This document shows positions 1-12,744 of a stretch of 64,000 nucleotides of DNA, piece after piece. The position numbers and the translations under genes were made by a program. Every line of letters starts with the position of its first letter. The first letter of the stretch is position 1. The DNA comes from Somniosus microcephalus (Eukaryota): NCBI GenBank assembly GCA_052327205.1, contig CM126221.1:46252001-46316000 (forward strand), given 5' to 3'. The notes below the pieces were generated by a model that was given only the letters and a program-made list of their open reading frames with translations, searched no databases and was not told the DNA's origin.

Positions 1-829
1 TGTATCCCTCTTCAGCAGGGGTGCTGGGCGCACGGAGCGGGGTCATCAGCCAGGTACACAAAGGATAGCCTTTGTCCCCGATAAGCCATCCTCGTGGGTG
101 AGGCTGGGCCTGGAACATGTCTGCCACAGAAGTCTGTCGCAGGATGAAGGCATCGTGGCTGCTGCCTGGAAAGCGGGCATTGACAGCTAGGATGAGCTGC
201 CTGTGGTCACACACCAGCTGGACGTTGAGCGAATGGTAGCCCTTCCGGTTGCGGTAATCCTCGGCATTCTCCAGAGGTGCCCGCAAAGCCACATGCGTGC
301 AGTCAATGGCGCCCTGCACCATGGGGAAGCCCGCAAATGCTGCAAAGCCCATTGCACGCTGTTGCTGCTTGGCAAGGGCCATGGAGAAGGAGATGAACTG
401 ACGTCTCCTTTTGAAAAGGGCATTGGTCACCTGGCGGATGCAGCAATGCACGGCGAACTGGGAGATGTTGGAAATGTCCCCAGTGGCGGATTGGAAGGAG
501 CCGGTGGCATAGAAGTTGAGAGCCACCGTCACCTTCACTGCCACCGACAGAGACGTCCTGCTCCTCAGCTGTGGTTGCAGATCACCGCCAAGCAGGTGGC
601 AGATCTCTGTGACCACCTCCCTTCGGAATCGCAGCCTCCGATCACACTGCTCGTCAGACATGTTGAGATAGGAGAAATGTTGGCGGTATACCCTGGGTGG
701 GTAAGGCCTCCTTTCCTGACGCCTGTTGCCCCCTCTCCGTCTAGCTAGGGCTGCCACTCTCTCATGGCTTCTGTGAGCCCTTTGGATGCAATGGAGAAAG
801 CCAGCGTTTGCACCCATTGCAGCCCCCAT
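1..829 (-). CDS. PIF/Harbinger DDE transposase (HARBI1-like), uninterrupted, truncated by the window edge; not in the ORF track
   Basis: ATG at 829, then 276 open codons: ...RRPYPPRVYRQHFSYLNMSDEQCDRRLRFRREVV...VTVALNFYATGSFQSATGDISNISQFAVHCCIRQVT...AGFPMVQGAIDCTHV...YRNRKGYHSLNVQLVCD...FPGSSHDAFIL...WLIGDKGYPLCTWLMTP. These are diagnostic Harbinger motifs. Confidence 0.93.
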   Translation of the reverse strand, partial: MGAAMGANAGFLHCIQRAHRSHERVAALARRRGGNRRQERRPYPPRVYRQHFSYLNMSDEQCDRRLRFRREVVTEICHLLGGDLQPQLRSRTSLSVAVKVTVALNFYATGSFQSATGDISNISQFAVHCCIRQVTNALFKRRRQFISFSMALAKQQQRAMGFAAFAGFPMVQGAIDCTHVALRAPLENAEDYRNRKGYHSLNVQLVCDHRQLILAVNARFPGSSHDAFILRQTSVADMFQAQPHPRGWLIGDKGYPLCTWLMTPLRAPSTPAEEGY

Positions 830-1330
830 AATATGTTAGCAAACAATGATATGTCAATGAAGGCAAAGACAAGTGGAAAGCTGTGGCCTGACGCCACAAG
901 TACCTGTCCGAGTGTTGAGCCAAAGCAGAAAGCTCTCTACCTTGGTCTCTCTGCAAAGATCCGTCTCTCAAGAAGGAGTGCTGCGAAATGGCAGCCTTTT
1001 ATAGTGCAGGAGGAGTGCCCTTTAATTTGCGCCCCCCGCATCGACTGAGCACCGTTCCACTCTACCAGTCGCTAGGGGCGCCGGGCGCACAATGGGGTGT
1101 CGCGACTGAATTTCCGGTTGGGGGCGCACAAAGGGCGTTGCACGAGGAAATGAAGTCATGATCTGCGCGTGCATATGAGCGCGCGCAAAGACTTTGCACC
1201 GCCGCTAAATCTCTAGTGAAGTTGGGGAGAGGCGCAGTTCGCGCTGCGCCCGGCCGCTAGCCGCCTAGCGCCCGACATCTACTCCTCCTAAGGCGCTACC
1301 GGCTGGCGCAACCAACTGAATTTCTAGGCC
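1..1330 (-). mobile_element. Autonomous-type Harbinger DNA transposon, 5' portion
   Basis: Transposase ORF plus a CpG-rich subterminal region at 1020-1330 ending in the TIR-like GAATTTCTAGGCC. Base composition shifts abruptly at about 1330. Confidence 0.8.
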
Positions 1331-1523
1331 AGGATGTCCAGAGCACTGAGTACCATTGCCTGAGCCACATCAGTATATATGCTGCTCTGACCTATCTTCT
1401 GTCATTTTATTTGTTTTCCACTTTTTTAGTTGTTTCTTGAAGTCGTATAAGAACATAAAGTTTGGAGCTTCCAGAGACCATTTGGCCCACCAAGTCTGCT
1501 CCAGTTGGAGTCCATGTTTATGC

Positions 1524-3065
1524 TATTACAAAAGCAAAATACTGTGGATGCTGGAAATCTGAAATAAAAATAGAAAATGCTGGAAATACTCAGCAGGTCA
1601 GGCAGCATCTGTGGAGAGAGAAACAGAGTTAATGGGGGTGATTTTGCCAGCCCTGGGGAGGCAGGTAAGGAGGTGGGACTGCCGGAAAAATGGCAGAATC
1701 TGGGGGCGGGAACCCATCCCGCCCCCAACCCACCTCCGTGCCATCTTCCCAGGAGACGGGTACCTGACCCGCACTGGGAGCCGCCTCCTCGAGGCGGGAA
1801 AGGGATTAGTGCCAATTAACTGCCTGTTAGGCAGTTAACGGGCAGTTTTTTGGATAATCCCTATTTTGCCACCTAAAGTATGGGCTTCCCAATGGCTCCG
1901 AACCTCGCCAGGGTCAACGAGGCGAGCCGTGAGTCAACAGGGGTCGGAGGAGCCGAGATGTCCGGTGTGCAAATGAGCGATGGGTGCATGTGTGCAGAGG
2001 TAAGTGTGTGAGGTGAGTGTTTTAATAAGTTTTACTTACCTTTGCTTCTTCCTCCAGGCTTCATCCCTTCAGGTCTCTGGAGTCCCTTAGCTCACCGGCA
2101 GAGAAAGCAGAATGCCGCTGCATTCTTAAATGCAGCATACTTCTGCTTTCTGCTCAGGAAGGCTGTCAAACGATGACAATTCATCTGTCAAAAACTCTTG
2201 ACAGATGAAACGTCACTTGCTGTCGTCACCAGTAACTGGCTTTTCCCTTAATTGGCCTGCTAAGCCCGCTGGGCAGGCTTAACAAGGTCAATCAAGGGAA
2301 AATAGCGTAGGTTGGCCACAAGTTGATGGAGGCGGGACTAAAACCCGCCAAGTGGGAGTCCCGCCTCCAAAAGCTCCCCATTGAGAAAATCCAACCCAAT
2401 GTTTCAAGTCAATGACCTTTCATCAGGACTGGAAAAAGTTAGAGATATAACAGGTACAGAGGCAGGGAAAGGGGGGAGGGGAGGAAAGAACAAAAGGGAA
2501 GGTCTGTGATAGGGTGGAAGGCAGGAGAGATTAAATGGAAAAAGGAATGATGGTGCAAGGCAAAAGGAGATGGTAATGGGACAAGTAAAGAAACAAAAGA
2601 TGGTTTTAGAGGAGCTGAAAATGACAAAAGCAGAATCATTACCAACAACTGCAGTCTGAAAAAATGGGAGCAGTGGCTATGATCTGAAATTGATGAACTC
2701 AATGTTGAGTCCGGAAGGTTGTAAAGTGCCTAACTGAAAGATGACGTGCTGTTCCCGAGCTGCAGTTGAGCTTCATTAGAACAGTGTTGGAGACTGAGGA
2801 CGGAGCAGTCAGAGTGGGAGTGGGGCAGAGAATTAAAATGTCAGGTGACTGGAAGCTCAGGGTTACCCTTGCGGACTGAACGGAGGTGTTTCACAAAGCG
2901 ATCACCCAATCTGTGTTTGGTCTCCCCAGTGTAGAGGAGACCACATCGTGAGCAGCGAATACAGTATACTAAATTGAAAGAAGTAAATCGCTGTTTCACC
3001 TGGAAGGAGTGTTTGGGGGCCTGGACGGTGGGAAGGGAGATGGTAAAAGGGCAGGTGTTGCATCA
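1524..3065 (-). mobile_element. Penelope-like (Neptune-type) retroelement 3' fragment, interrupted by a MITE
   Basis: The minus strand encodes a decayed GIY-YIG region (TCPF...LVYCIRCSRCGLLYTGETKHRLGDRF...HLRSVRKG...EQHVIF). The 3' pseudo-LTR is shared with the other copies. Confidence 0.85.
1634..2397 (+). mobile_element. Harbinger-type MITE, family A copy 1
   Basis: Imperfect TIRs GGGGGTGATTTT / AAAATCCAACCC, TSD AAT on both sides, homologous to 11792-12634 and 58841-59667. Confidence 0.85.
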
Positions 3066-6000
3066 GAATTTCTCTTATAATGTCATACAAAAATAATGCT
3101 TTTTAAAGCAATTTGCGTCATTGTATAATGTGTAAATAAATGTTAAATTGATTGCAAAATATTTTTGCATGAAGACGGTGCCCCTTTAAGTGAATGTGTT
3201 TGTTAACATGGTGACCATTAACTGACATGTATTATCATTCACAGTTATAATAAATTTTATTTATAGCAACTTGAGAGATAACAAGTCCTTCAGCATAGTA
3301 AGCTCACCACTAGAACAGAAGCTGCACTCTGTACCAATTGCATCATTCTATAAATACACAGAGTCACACTGTATTACATCTACAGTGAGTTCTCCACCAG
3401 TCTCCTTCGTTTACCTGCCAGTGCTGTATAAAATATGACATTCCACTTTGAGGCACAGCCTCTAGTATCTGGTAAGTCACACCTAAACCGATCAGGCACC
3501 TCCTGTTAAGCCAGGGAAGAAAGGCTGGAGATGAGCTTCACTATACTGCAAACAAAACATCTTCATTATAAATATCTGAGATTTGAGTATAATATTAATC
3601 GACTAACAAATTGGCAGCCGTTTCAAAACTACATTTGTGCAGCCTTCAGTTTACCAGATTATTGGAAGTTATCTTGGTGACCCGCTGATAAGTGTTCGCT
3701 GTGGCACAAGCAATGCAGAAACGTCGTGTTTGTGCTGCAGATCAAAAGCTATTGTTTTCCCACTGGCGAAGGATGGGGGAAACTGAATGGGAGACTTGAA
3801 GGCTCGCCTCTCCTTCCTGCACAAGCGTCCGGCCAGCTCCGCAGCACTGGCCGATATCTTGGCCACAATGATTGATAGAAAGCTTCTTGTGTCGGTGGAA
3901 GGGGCCGGAAATACCAGTGCCTTTTTGCATCACAGTCAAAATGTAATCCCTAGTGCCTCATGCTCCTGTTACCCATCTACTGTTTGGAAAAGAATACCAT
4001 TTTTTTGCAATGTCAGCCATTTTCAAATTGTATCACAATTTCAATTCAAAGGTTTCAGGCAACTGTCTATCCTTACTCTTATGTTTTTAGGTTTTTTACA
4101 ACAGACATTTTCTTCAGGTTCAAGTAGGCCACTCCCACAAGTGACTGTGCTCCCTACAATATCAAGTAAATGTTCTGAGCCCAGGAGTTAAACAGATAAA
4201 CCTTGTCACTGTATTCCAGCTTATTGGATATAATACGTGATTTCCTTGACTTCAGTAAGGGAGGATATACACTATGTGGCTTAGAATATAAACTATGTCA
4301 GATTTATTAAATGGTAAACAGATAAATGTAAATACTTACAGGATCATATGATCTAGAATTTCTTATATAATTTTAGAGTGCTCTGTGTTTTCATTCCTGA
4401 AGAAAATGGTGTAACAAATTGAAAAACAGTTGTCTTTTAGACTGTACTTCCTGCCTCCTTATAATTAATTAATTCTTTATACCACACAGAAGCAATGGTT
4501 TATTTCTGGTCGTTATTTTGCTCAGGGGCCAGTTCAGGAACTATTCATGAATTCCATTAAACTGTGTATAACTAAACAGATAAATGAATGGCTTACTGAC
4601 GAGTGAAGCGTCTGAACGACATACTGATAACACTTAGTGGCCTATTTTCCTGTAACCATTGATTGTCCCAAGATGCAACAAGACAGAAGGTGAGGTTCAA
4701 ATCAGACAGGTCACGGACAGCAGGGTCATTACATTTAGTTGTTGTAGATGCGTGTCCTTCTTCAGCTGGAGCAAGGCAGGATAGTCTCAGATTCAATCAT
4801 CTCCACTACTGCAGTGCTCCATACAGTGAACCAGCTCACCAATGCCAAAATTCAGGCAATGAGGGCAAGTGCAAATGAGTATCTGTCAAAACTGGCAATT
4901 GAACACCAGACTCTATGATTAGCAGAATGGCTAGCAGACCGCCTCTTCAACATTTATTATCAAGAAATTGAGTTATTTAAAAGGGTACAGCCTTCTTGAG
5001 AAAGTGTTTTCCAGACCTTATCTCGTTTGTTGACTGGCTTGTGCACTAACATGGGCACCAGGCATCCTCGACTACCTCATCTAAGTGGCCATTCTTCAAA
5101 TGTGGCCCTAGACAATGTTGACAGGCCACCTGACCATTGGAAGCACCACAGCGAACCCCGTTCTGCCCTCATTCATGCACATTCCTAGCTGGATACCGGA
5201 CAGTAAGAGCCTCTGCTGACTTCCCCACAGGTCAATTTTAGCACCTCTACTGTTGATCCTGCTGAGATCAATTAACTCGCCACACACATTGACCTGAATG
5301 TAGAGCATCCCTGGTATGGCTCAGTCGAATATTGGTCAGTGAATTTACTAACTGACCCATCAGGGAAGCTACAGCACTTCCTTTAGTTGTCAAATTAATT
5401 TGGGTGTGAATGAAAGAAGGAAAAATGCTTAACACCCTCCACACACTATACTTGATGCTCACTCTATCCAGTTCACACTGCTTGGACTCACTGGGATGTC
5501 CAGTGAGCCATTGAGCTGTTAAACTCAATGCAAGTGAGTGAAGAAATACAATAACTGGCAAAGTTCTGATCACTGACTGAATCTAGATCGATAGCAGCAC
5601 AAGCAATGTATAATAGCTGAACCTCCTCCAGTAAATGGTCACTGTTACTCAGCACAATCAGGTCCACAGTGGTTAAACCTCTCACAGTCACATCAGTTTG
5701 CCTATTATATAGCGCAATTAGCATTAATTGTTACATGTGGAATATCTATTGGAGGGTAATATTGCTGGACTTTCTGCAGTGACATCTGAGAGCCATTCTG
5801 CCCACCCACTGCTAATAGAGGAAGCCACCACCAACCACACTCAACATTTTACAAGATAGGAACACCTAATAAACTTGATTTTAATAAGGATATCACAATA
5901 TGCACTTTTTTGATTCAACCGCAATGTTTTCTAAAGTCACAATATTGAACATTTTGATTCCATTTCGTCAAACAAATATTTAGACAAATTCAGTACCCAA

Positions 6001-7172
6001 TGTGTCTCTCTGGGATTGATATTCTTGAGATAATGAAAACGAGGACACGAGCTGTCAGGAAGGTGGACAAATATGGAACTACCATAGTGACCCTGCAGTA
6101 CTCCAAAGATGGGTGATTGTTTTGGTGATAAATGGCACCGTTTTTGCAGTCTTCTGACGATGGCTTTTGATAGTTGTCACTACCACCATTCACCAGCTGC
6201 TGACCAGTGAATGTAGCTGGGCAGATACAAGCGGGAGTTTAGAAAAGTGTGCTGCGTTAAACAACTTCATGATTTGGTGGTGGGCACTACAATGCAAGCT
6301 TTCCATGGACAAAAAGTTTGAATCAAGGAGAAAGCAAGTGGAAAATATTGATATAATATAGGTAGAGTGGGAAACACACCTGAAAGCAAAACATTCCACG
6401 ATAACAAGCAAGCCCTCTCATTATTTTAGCATTTACAGTTGCTGTATGAAGCCGTCCTTTGTTTCTTATTCGACAAGTAATTGCATTTTTCTACATTGTT
6501 TTCCTCCTAACTCATTCTAATTGTGATTTGTTAATATACGCATGCCATACACATTTCACCTGTGCTGGTAAATGGCTTTGAATCCTGCCAACAAAAGTAA
6601 AAAATCCACCTGTTATGTCAACAAAACAAATGAGTTATTTTAAGAGATGATCCTAGTTATTCAGAAGAACTTTTTTTAAAAAACTTTATTATGTTGATGG
6701 GAACATTAAATCTCAGCTTAATGCAGTAAAACAAATCTTTCTGTTTCTGACATTAACTAAAGATGGTTGTTGGAGCTGAATATTTGTTTAAAGAGCTGCT
6801 ATAATAGATTCTGGTGCACAGTACTGATGAATTGCTGTGACCTGCTGTAGACGGAGCGTGTCCTGGTTTACATGACCACACTCCCAATGCTTTGGGTTTG
6901 ATTACCTTAGCCTGGTTTCACAAGTATATAAACATGTTGTCCTGATGATCACAGGAGTCATGGCTAATAAACGTTAGCTTTAAAATTATTCTTATTATTT
7001 GCTTGAAAATATTAATTTAAATGTATATTCCTACTGTAATCTTGACTGTTAGTAGCTTACCTTAATTTAAGGCTTCCAGTGGCATTATTGCAATAAATGG
7101 ATTAGTCCACCCAATGCCTACTGGCGCGTAACCTCTCCATCTCAGGCCCGACTATTGGAGAAGGAACACCTC

Positions 7173-7758
7173 CGTTCAGTCCGCAAGGGTGACCCGAGCT
7201 TCCGGTCGCCTGTCACTTTAATTCACCGCTCCATTCCCACTCAGACCTCACCGTCCTCGGCCTCTTACACTGTTCCAGTGAAGCTCAGCGTAAGCTCGAG
7301 GAACAGCACCTCATCTTTCAATTAGACACTTTACAGCCTTCTGGACTCAACATAGAGTTCAACAATTTCAGACCATAACCTCTGCCCCTATCCTTTTTTT
7401 TTTCCTTTTACTTTTTTTCTCTCTCTCACATGGCAGCTGTCTTTCATTCTGCCAGTGCCATTTACCCTTCCTCTAGAGCCATCTTTTGTTTCTCAACTTG
7501 TCCCATTACCATCTCCTTTTGCCTTGCACCATCTCTTAATCTCTCTTAATCTCTCCTGCCTTCTGTCCTATCACAGACCTTCCCCTTTGTTCTTTCCTCC
7601 CCTCCCCCCTTTCCCTGCCCCTGCACTTGCTTAAAAACCTGTTCCATCTCCAGCTTTTTCCAGTTCTGACAAAGGGTCATCGACCTGAAACTCTGTATCT
7701 CTCTCCACAGATGCTGCCTGACTTGCTGAGTATTTCCAGCATTTTCTGTTTTTATTAT
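7173..7758 (+). mobile_element. 5'-truncated Penelope-like element
   Basis: Reads EHLRSVRKGDPELPVACHFNSPLHSHSDLTVLGLLHCSSEAQRKLEEQHLIF (GIY-YIG C-terminus), followed by a pseudo-LTR. Flanking repeats tattgg(a/c)gaaggaa look like a TSD. Confidence 0.85.
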
Positions 7759-10529
7759 TGGCGAAGGAAGCTCTCTTTTTGACTAGGAGGTTCAGCTGGG
7801 AAGTAACTGTTATCCCAGCATGCACAACTACTACATGATCCCTCATGTAAAGAAATGGAAAAGCTTTTAAATGAACGCAACTTCTGGGCACAGACAGATT
7901 AGTGAGAAATCTAAATAAACTGTGCTGACAAACTGTGCTGAGACTTGTGTGCTGCTGCAGTGACCTTGCATGTTGGGACTGAAACTTAAGTAACATTACA
8001 GATGCATTAAACTCTGCCAGCAGTGCAGTGCCTAATGTATTATGGCTTTGCTTGCGTTTCAATCAAGTTGGGGCAGTCTCGAATTTAATCAAATCATTTA
8101 AATGATCTTTCTCCCACCAACACCATGTTGTTCTAAGCATCTGTACAACCACGCTGAAAAGTCTAATGTGCCAATGCACTCTCCTGTATCATGTGGCAAA
8201 GCTGCACAGCGACTTCACACAATATATATATTCTTAATGGAAACAAAATATGACCTATTTTAGTGTAGCTCATTCTTAAAAGTAAGCATAACTCCATTTA
8301 TCTAAATGGGTCGCACCCTTTTCACAAATTTTGCTCTTTAACTTTTCCCCAATGTTAACTGCCCTGGATTTAAGACATTGTACTATTAATTGTGCATATT
8401 TCAAAATTATTTGATACACTTGTAATTTGTGCACACTTGAGAGGAGTAATTGTAAAAGGCAACTTAAGTTTAAAAAGATGATGCTTTAAGTCTCCCCAAT
8501 AGTTCATTGAATAAATGAACTGCCTTGTACGGTAGTGGGATACACTTACTTGCTGAGTCACAGTTTCATCCCTGGTGACGTTAACTGGGGAAAAAAATTG
8601 CAACATTATTCAAGTTTAAGATTGCTTAATGAGGGTTGAGTTAGTGGTTACAGAGCATAGGCTCTCACAGATAGATGGAACATTAACAAATTGGAATTTC
8701 CTATGGTGAAAAATGATGGGGAGGGGAAGGGAAGGGGGTTACAAACTACGGGTATATACTAACTAGAAAATGACCCTGATTTATTATGCACTTCATGGGT
8801 CCAATCTTTCAAGCACTTTGCAACAGTTAATCCATGTAAAGTGTTGTAGTCTGAGTTATGGAGATGACAGAAATGCAAACAACTACATGCAAATGATAAC
8901 AAACCACTTCTTCATCATTTGCAGTCACATTTCCATAGTGGTGGAGCCACAGCCAATGCACAGCCTAACCACAGGTAGCTTCAGGTGCTCAAGCAACAGG
9001 TTAAGAGCCAACCAGAGTTGTTGTGACAGGCATCAGATGTGCTTTCTACTGCTCCTGTTTGCTGTCTTGAGGCTGCTCATAGCAATCCTCTTCCAACCAC
9101 TCTTTTATGAATCTGCTAATTCCCAGCTATCAAGTAGCATTCCCGCCTGCTCCACCCAGAGCCTTTGATTTTGGTAGCACAGAGATGAGCTTACTCCATT
9201 CAGGCCCTCCTGAGCTATCTTGGTCCAGCTCTTCTATGGGCTTTTTGAAGGTGCCTAAAGCTGTCCATCTTGCTGAACGCATCTGTGTCGACCATTGATA
9301 CTTTGCCATGTCAACTAAATAATCCAGCACCTTAGCTGCCTCTACCTAAGGATGTGGCCATTAGATGTTTACTCTGAGTTTGTGCGGACTGGGAACTCCT
9401 TATGTGACGCACAGTGCTCATGTGCACAAACACACGAGCAAGTGGACCCTGTCCTTTCAGGCCTTGTGAAAAACTTATTGATAGTAAATGTTCAAGCCTG
9501 TCAGAATTAAACCTCCTGCTCATCTGAAATCTGTGTAGGTTTTGGCGATACTGTAGGATTTTTACAGGAGCCGCTAGGATTCTATTGGACAATGCACATT
9601 TAATGTTGACAATAGACCATCATTTTTCTTCATTTCTGACACAGTGACAGCTTGAGTCACTCAAAGTAAGAGCCCAATATACAGATCAACTCCTCATTAA
9701 GATGCTGAGCCTTTATTTATTTGAAGAGTAGACGTTTTCATATTCTGTTATCAATGCTACTGTAGGTCATTGAGTGAATAGTGTTCTTAAGCAAATGTCC
9801 TCTGCTAACTAGCATTAACACTTTTTTTTAAACAGCTCCAGGCCTCAATTTGAAGAGATTATTTCTTCATTGGCTTGTTGATCTTCCATTTATTTGTACA
9901 GCTAACAGTTTTATACCCTCTCATTACTTATTGGTAGAGTTTCACTAAAGACTGGGAAATAAGAAATGTGTTCGTTTATCTAAGAACCTCTCAGCCAACA
10001 GCTGCTGCTGGGGATTGAGCCTATTCTCACGGCCTAGTGACTTAGAGTGGGCGCAGGCTTCATTTCTGGTCAGGTTTCAATTCAATCTTCGGTGAAAGTT
10101 CCAGGCATTCCAGTTGGCAATTGATAGGATTACTCACTAATTCCTCATCGGAGTTTTGCTGCTTTTACAGGATAAATGAAAGGAAAACATACTACTTGGA
10201 TGTTGTAATGAGGTTTCTATGTGGATTTTTCTTTTTTTTTCCAAAACAGATCAGCGTAAGTTTTTCAGCCATTAGCATGTTAGCTGTAGTTGAGTGTGAG
10301 ACTGCGGAAATAATCAGTTCCTCTGGAATGAATGGCAGATTACAGAATAGACAGATTTCCTTCTCCGCACATTGTACCCATTGCTAGTTTGTAAATACCT
10401 TTATCTGTATGTTCCTATCTAGTGAGTGGAAAGCTACCAAATTGTTCTGTATAAAATGATGAGTTTTCTTGAACTTGGTGTTGAGGAGTCAGGAGCTTTT
10501 CTCACTGTGAAGAGACAGTTATCAGTGGC

Positions 10530-11445
10530 CGATACAGAAGGAAAGGTGATTTTCTTTTTTCAACAAGGACCGTTTATTAATGTGGTGTCTGCTTGAACTC
10601 TACTCAAATGCTTCCTATTAAGAGGAAGCACGACAAATAATGGAAGGCGGTGGAGGACAAGTTTGTCTGAAGTGAAGAATTGAAGAAAAAAGAAAATTAT
10701 ATCTGTCATGAGACGGGAGGGTGGAGGACACAGAGTATTTTGCTGCCCTCACTCGTTGTGAAAGGATGAATGCAGGGCAGTGATTGAAGGTGATGGGTAA
10801 TCCTCTGTACTTAATGTTAAATACCAATTACATACATTAGTGATGATACTGTACTTCATACACTCTTCCTCAGTAGTTCCTACTTGTATTATTAAAAATA
10901 ATTTAGCTAAATCAGATTTTTTTTTTAAAGAAGGGGAGAAGAGGGAGGACTCGTAAAAATCAACATTTCATTGTGCAGTACACACGTCTGCTGCATATAT
11001 GACAAATAAAATTGAATTGAAGATGATTTTCCAAACTTGTGGAAAACTGGGAAGAAGTCTAGAGTGTTGATTTGCAGGATGGATTCCCAGGTAAAGCAGC
11101 TATTGCCTTGTCGATTAACATTTTTAAAAGAGAGCGGATTTGATATCTTGATATTGAGACTGAGGCTTAGAAGGATAAATGTAGATAGAGATGATAGAAT
11201 GCTTTGTGGAACATGAACGTTCCTGGATTGCTGCGATCTTGGGAATGTCATACCAGGGAAGGCAATGGCCAAGGATCACCACCATAGGGTGTAAGGTTAG
11301 TTGCTGTGGCAATTTGCTTGATTTCTATTTGGAAATGAAGTGGTTTGGATAGAGTTTATAACAAGAATGATTGTGCATGATCTTTGATGAGACCAGCTTG
11401 ATGGGCTGAAAGGTCTTTTCTTGTTTTATGTTTTCTTATGTTGCT
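10530..11445 (+). mobile_element. Highly decayed CR1-like LINE 3' remnant
   Basis: CR1-like tail motifs (gggaatgtcataccaggg...gatgggctgaaaggtcttttc...ttcttatgtt), heavily eroded. Confidence 0.4.
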
Positions 11446-11791
11446 AAATAGGAGGAAGCTGCAAGTTCTGTGAATGTTTTGCTCACAGTTTCTTACAGCT
11501 GCTCTCATAGACCTACGAGATCAGATATTAACATTCATGGATAGGCTGCCTTAAGTGATTATATGACAGCCATTTTCTTTTCACATCATGGCTGACTGGG
11601 GACATGGTATTTCCATATAGTATCCTGTCCTCACCAGATCTCCATGCATATACGTTCCCAGCAAAGATCACTGCAGAGCTCAGGAGTGGGAATCCTGCTT
11701 AACTTTGCCTTCTCTTACCCAGGGCACTGAGGCCAATTGCAGTGTCTATACTGCAATGCTGGATGAGAACAGGTAATCCAGCACAAACTAT

Positions 11792-12634
11792 GGGCTTGAT
11801 TTTCAGTGTGCCGTGGAGTCGGCTTTGGAGGTGTGCGGGGGGTTAAATTACCGAAATCGGGGGTCCCGACCCCGTCCCGCCCCCAACCCGCCTCCATGCC
11901 AATTTCAAAGGAGGCGGGTACCCGCCACGCCCTGGGACCTGCCTATCCGAGGTGGGAAGGGATTAGTGCCAATTAACTGCCTGTTAACGGGTAGTTAACA
12001 GGCAGTTTTTAGCCTAATCCCTAGTTTTAAGCTTGAACTGTGGGAATCCCGACGGCTCCAAACCACGCCAAGTTGGAGGAGTCGGGCCGTCGGGTTGAAG
12101 GGCTTGGAGGGGTCAAGATGTCGGTGTTCAGGTGAGTGATGTGTGCATGAGTGCAAAGATAAGTGTTTTTGGTGTGTCGAAAGTGATTAAATAAGTTTTA
12201 CATACATTTTCTTACCTTTTCAGCCTTCCTTCCTTTAGGTTCGGGGAGTCCCTCATCTCACTGGCACAGAAAGCAGAATGGCTGTGATCTGTCAAAAGTG
12301 ACAGCCTGCAGCTTTCTGTGCAGGAGTGATTTCTAACTGAGTCTGTGGAGAAAGACTCATGTTAGAAGTAAGACTGTCAGTGTTTGACAGCTTCAAACAG
12401 CTGTGAAACACTGATATTTCATCTGTCAAAACGTCTTGACAGATGAAATTTCAGTCTGTGACGTCACCTGTTGCCGGGTGGCCCTTAATTGGCCTGCTGA
12501 GCCCGCTGGGCGGGCTCAACAAGGTCAATCAAGTTAAAATCGTGTGGATTGGCCGCATCTCGATGGAGGCGGGACTACAACCCTGAAAGTTTTAGTCCCG
12601 CCTCCAACCCGACTTCTGAATGAAAATCCAGCCC
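11792..12634 (+). mobile_element. Harbinger-type MITE, family A copy 2
   Basis: TIRs GGGCTTGATTTTCA / TGAAAATCCAGCCC. Shares internal blocks such as gggattagtgccaattaactgcctgtta and catctgtcaa...ttgacagatga with the other copies. Confidence 0.85.
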
Positions 12635-12744
12635 ATGGAATCTAACTTGTGATAACTTCTGTTAGCTAAGATCTCCTGTGGTACTAAGGGCAGGAGTCTA
12701 TACACTGAGAGCTTATTTTTAATGTAAAATATGCATGGCCAGTA

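Noticed and set aside
203-748. 181-aa plus-strand ORF and the 187-423 minus-strand ORF
   Set aside because: They are antisense and off-frame shadows of the Harbinger transposase.
5990-6420. Coding-like stretch, possibly a decayed LINE endonuclease
   Set aside because: Motifs are too eroded to assign.
7662-7695. Hammerhead motif in the 7.2-7.8 kb Penelope copy
   Set aside because: The core is mutated (CTGACAA) and the cleavage-site/stem III segment is deleted, so it is not expected to be functional.
8770-9600. Cluster of short ORFs
   Set aside because: No recognisable domain or consistent splice structure; probably ancient repeat or neutral DNA.
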